The notes beneath the pieces were generated by a model that was not told the origin of the DNA, did not search any database, and was given only the letters and a program-made list of their open reading frames with translations. Made by a program: the position numbers and the translations under genes. This document shows, in pieces, positions 61,853-64,000 of a DNA stretch of 64,000 bases. Source of the DNA: Candidatus Latescibacterota bacterium (GTDB lineage: Bacteria; Latescibacterota; UBA2968; UBA8231); contig CBDCSU010000006.1 in the NCBI GenBank assembly GCA_965221775.1, positions 1,920,001-1,984,000 on the forward strand. The letters are read 5' to 3'. Each line of letters begins with the position of its first letter. The first letter of the stretch is position 1.

Positions 61853-62158
61853 TCAGCGGCGGGCCACGAGCTTGTCGTGGTATTTCTTGAGTTGGGACTC
61901 GACGCGGTGGGCGGCGTCGTCGACGGCCTTGAAGAGGTTGTTGTCCGAGGTCTCCCCCTTGCCCACGATCCGCTGGTTGGGAACCTTGACGATGATCTCC
62001 ACGGACGTGGCGTGCCGGTGTTTCTCCTGCGTGTCGAGGATGACCTCGGTGTCGACAATGCGGTCGAAGAACTGGTCGAACTTGCCGCAGACCCCCTCGA
62101 TGTGCTCCTTCGTCGACTCGGACAGCTTCGTGCTCTTGGCATCGATTCGCACAGCCAT
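61853..62158 (-). CDS. hpf: Ribosome hibernation promoting factor (short HPF/RaiA)
   Basis: 101 aa ending ..LFKAVDDAAHRVESQLKKYHDKL. Confidence 0.88.
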   Translation of the reverse strand: MAVRIDAKSTKLSESTKEHIEGVCGKFDQFFDRIVDTEVILDTQEKHRHATSVEIIVKVPNQRIVGKGETSDNNLFKAVDDAAHRVESQLKKYHDKLVARR

Positions 62159-62212
62159 GATGTCCTCCTCTTCGATGGTGTAGGTCCGGGACCGGCGGTC
62201 GGCCCCGGCGGG

Positions 62213-63190
62213 TCACACCTCGCTCACGGGAAAGTGCCGGACAAGGGGCTCCAGGTCCTGCCAGAAAGCCTCGGGGATCGAGGCGGATCCGGCTGCCGCG
62301 TTGGCCTCGGCCTCGGCGGGGGTTCGCGCCCCGGGGATGGTGGATGCCACCAGGGGATGGCGGGTGCACCACTGCAGCGCCGCGGCGTTCATGGCCACCC
62401 CGTGATCGGCGCAGAGCCCCTGGATGCGGGTGACGTGATCCATGACCTCGGGCGTGAAGCGCCTGGCGAGGTAGTTGCGCCCCCCCACCTGGCCGGTGGC
62501 CAGCAGTCCGCGCTCCAGGGGCGTGGCCCCCACGAGTCCCACGCCGTGCTTCTCCGCCGCCGGCAGGATGCGCTCGGCGGCGCGCTGGTTGAGCAGGCTC
62601 CAGCACTCGGGGATCACGGCGGCGTCGAAGGCCCCCGTCTCGATGTACTCCACGTTGGTAGCTGGTACATTGGAGGCCGTGCCCACCCAGGTCACCACGC
62701 CCTCGTCCTGCAACTGGCGCAGGGCCCCGAGGGTGCCGTCGCCGCCCATGACCCGCTCCATGGGCACGTCCATGGCGTCGTGGATGTAGAGCAGGTCGAA
62801 GCGCTCGAGGCCGAGGCGCTCGAGGCTCCCCTCCACGTGCCGCAGCACGGCGTCCCTGGAGTGGTCGATATCATTGTAGAGTTGCCCCACTTTCGTGGTC
62901 ACCGTCACGCGGGACTTCAGGTCGGGCCGCTGGCGCAGGGCGTCGCCGATCATCCTCTCCGACCCTGTGGCGAGGTAGAGAGGCGCGGTGTCGACGAGGG
63001 TGCAGCCGCCTTCGATGGCGGCGATCACCGCCTGGGCGCCCATCTCCGGATCGAGATCCACGTCCCAGGGAGCGCCGGGCACGGAGTAGGCCCGGGCGGC
63101 CTCGTTGGCGCCGGGAATGCCGAGGAAGGCGGTGCCCAGACCGACGATGGAAACCTCCAGGCCGGTCCGTCCGAGCTTCTTGGTTTGCAT
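62213..63190 (-). CDS. Aldo/keto reductase
   Basis: LGRTGLEVS..GLG, DTAPLY, TKVG, SLERLG..D...IH and IPGART. Confidence 0.92.
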   Translation of the reverse strand: MQTKKLGRTGLEVSIVGLGTAFLGIPGANEAARAYSVPGAPWDVDLDPEMGAQAVIAAIEGGCTLVDTAPLYLATGSERMIGDALRQRPDLKSRVTVTTKVGQLYNDIDHSRDAVLRHVEGSLERLGLERFDLLYIHDAMDVPMERVMGGDGTLGALRQLQDEGVVTWVGTASNVPATNVEYIETGAFDAAVIPECWSLLNQRAAERILPAAEKHGVGLVGATPLERGLLATGQVGGRNYLARRFTPEVMDHVTRIQGLCADHGVAMNAAALQWCTRHPLVASTIPGARTPAEAEANAAAGSASIPEAFWQDLEPLVRHFPVSEV

Positions 63191-63253
63191 CTCGGGGCTC
63201 CTGGAGTGGAGTGGACGCCGGACAGCGTCCGCCCTCGAAGCCGTGGCCGCTCC

Positions 63254-64000
63254 TCAGCGCTGGCTCAGGGGCACGTAGCAGACCTCGGTCGGCCCGGTGT
63301 AGACCTGCCGCGGGCGGTGGATGCGGCCCTTGGTGACGAAGCGGTCCTCGTACCACTGGGCGATCCAGCCGGGCATGCGGCCCATGGCGAACATGACCGT
63401 GAACATGCTCGTGGGAATGCCCAGGGCGCGCAGGATCACGCCCGAGTAGAAGTCGACGTTCGGGTAGAGGCTGCGTTCCTTGAAGTAGTCGTCCGCCAGG
63501 GCGGCGCCTTCCAGCTCTTCGGCCAGTCCCAGCAGCGGATCGTCCCGCTGGATCTTTGCCAGCACCGCTTCGGCCTGCTTCTTGATGATCCTGGCCCTCG
63601 GGTCGAAGTTGCGGTACACACGGTGGCCGAAGCCCATGAGCCGGATGCCCGCCTTCTTGTCCTTCACCTCCTGAACGTAATCCTTCACCGAGATCCCCTG
63701 CTCGAGGATCGACTCGAGCATGCTCACCACGGCCACGTTGGCGCCGCCGTGGAGGCGGCCCCAGAGAGCGGAGACCCCCGCCGCCACCGAGGCGAAGAGG
63801 TTGGCCCCGGAGCTGCCCACCATGCGCACAGTCGAGGTGGAGCAGTTCTGCTCGTGGTCGGCGTGCAGCAGCAGCAGCACGTCCAGGGCCCGCACCAGGG
63901 CCGGGTCGGGCTCGTAGTCCCGGTAGGGCTCGGAGAACATCATGTGCAGGAAGTTCTCGCAGAAGTCCTTTTCCGGGTGCGGGTACACGAGGTAGTGGCC
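63254..64000 (-). CDS. gltA: Citrate synthase (5'-partial)
   Basis: [23 protein letters not shown] and YPNVDFYSG. Confidence 0.96.
   Translation of the reverse strand, partial: GHYLVYPHPEKDFCENFLHMMFSEPYRDYEPDPALVRALDVLLLLHADHEQNCSTSTVRMVGSSGANLFASVAAGVSALWGRLHGGANVAVVSMLESILEQGISVKDYVQEVKDKKAGIRLMGFGHRVYRNFDPRARIIKKQAEAVLAKIQRDDPLLGLAEELEGAALADDYFKERSLYPNVDFYSGVILRALGIPTSMFTVMFAMGRMPGWIAQWYEDRFVTKGRIHRPRQVYTGPTEVCYVPLSQR

Overview
High-GC (roughly 70% by eye) bacterial chromosome segment from a diderm organism (it has a TolC/RND pump). Host taxonomy cannot be fixed from the sequence. The backbone is housekeeping and metabolic: a 2-hydroxyacid dehydrogenase, GNAT, two Nudix hydrolases, addAB, a PHP phosphatase, an NTP transferase, a MetE-like enzyme, a rhomboid, a GldAFG-like ABC system, an RND pump, gltBD, an NCS2 permease, hpf and gltA. 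Two accessory blocks are embedded in it. The first (~5.3-21.8 kb) is a cluster of intact and broken toxin-antitoxin modules followed by a lower-GC six-gene defence-like operon. That operon encodes a 684-aa unknown, a 339-aa unknown split by an IS630 element, a 1895-aa DruE-like helicase-DUF1998 protein, an Fe-S PD-(D/E)XK nuclease, a C5 DNA methyltransferase and Vsr. It is the best candidate for an undescribed Druantia-related system. The second block (~43.8-46.3 kb) holds a Fic gene and a RES-Xre TA pair. Other oddities: an in-frame TetR-TolC fusion, a symmetric bidirectional leaderless promoter, a 154-bp-period array of alternative 3' ends of the gldG-like gene, and degenerate copies of neighbouring gene ends beside the TA blocks. 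Two single-base frameshifts at G runs may be sequencing errors. All family calls come from motif recognition by eye, not database searches.
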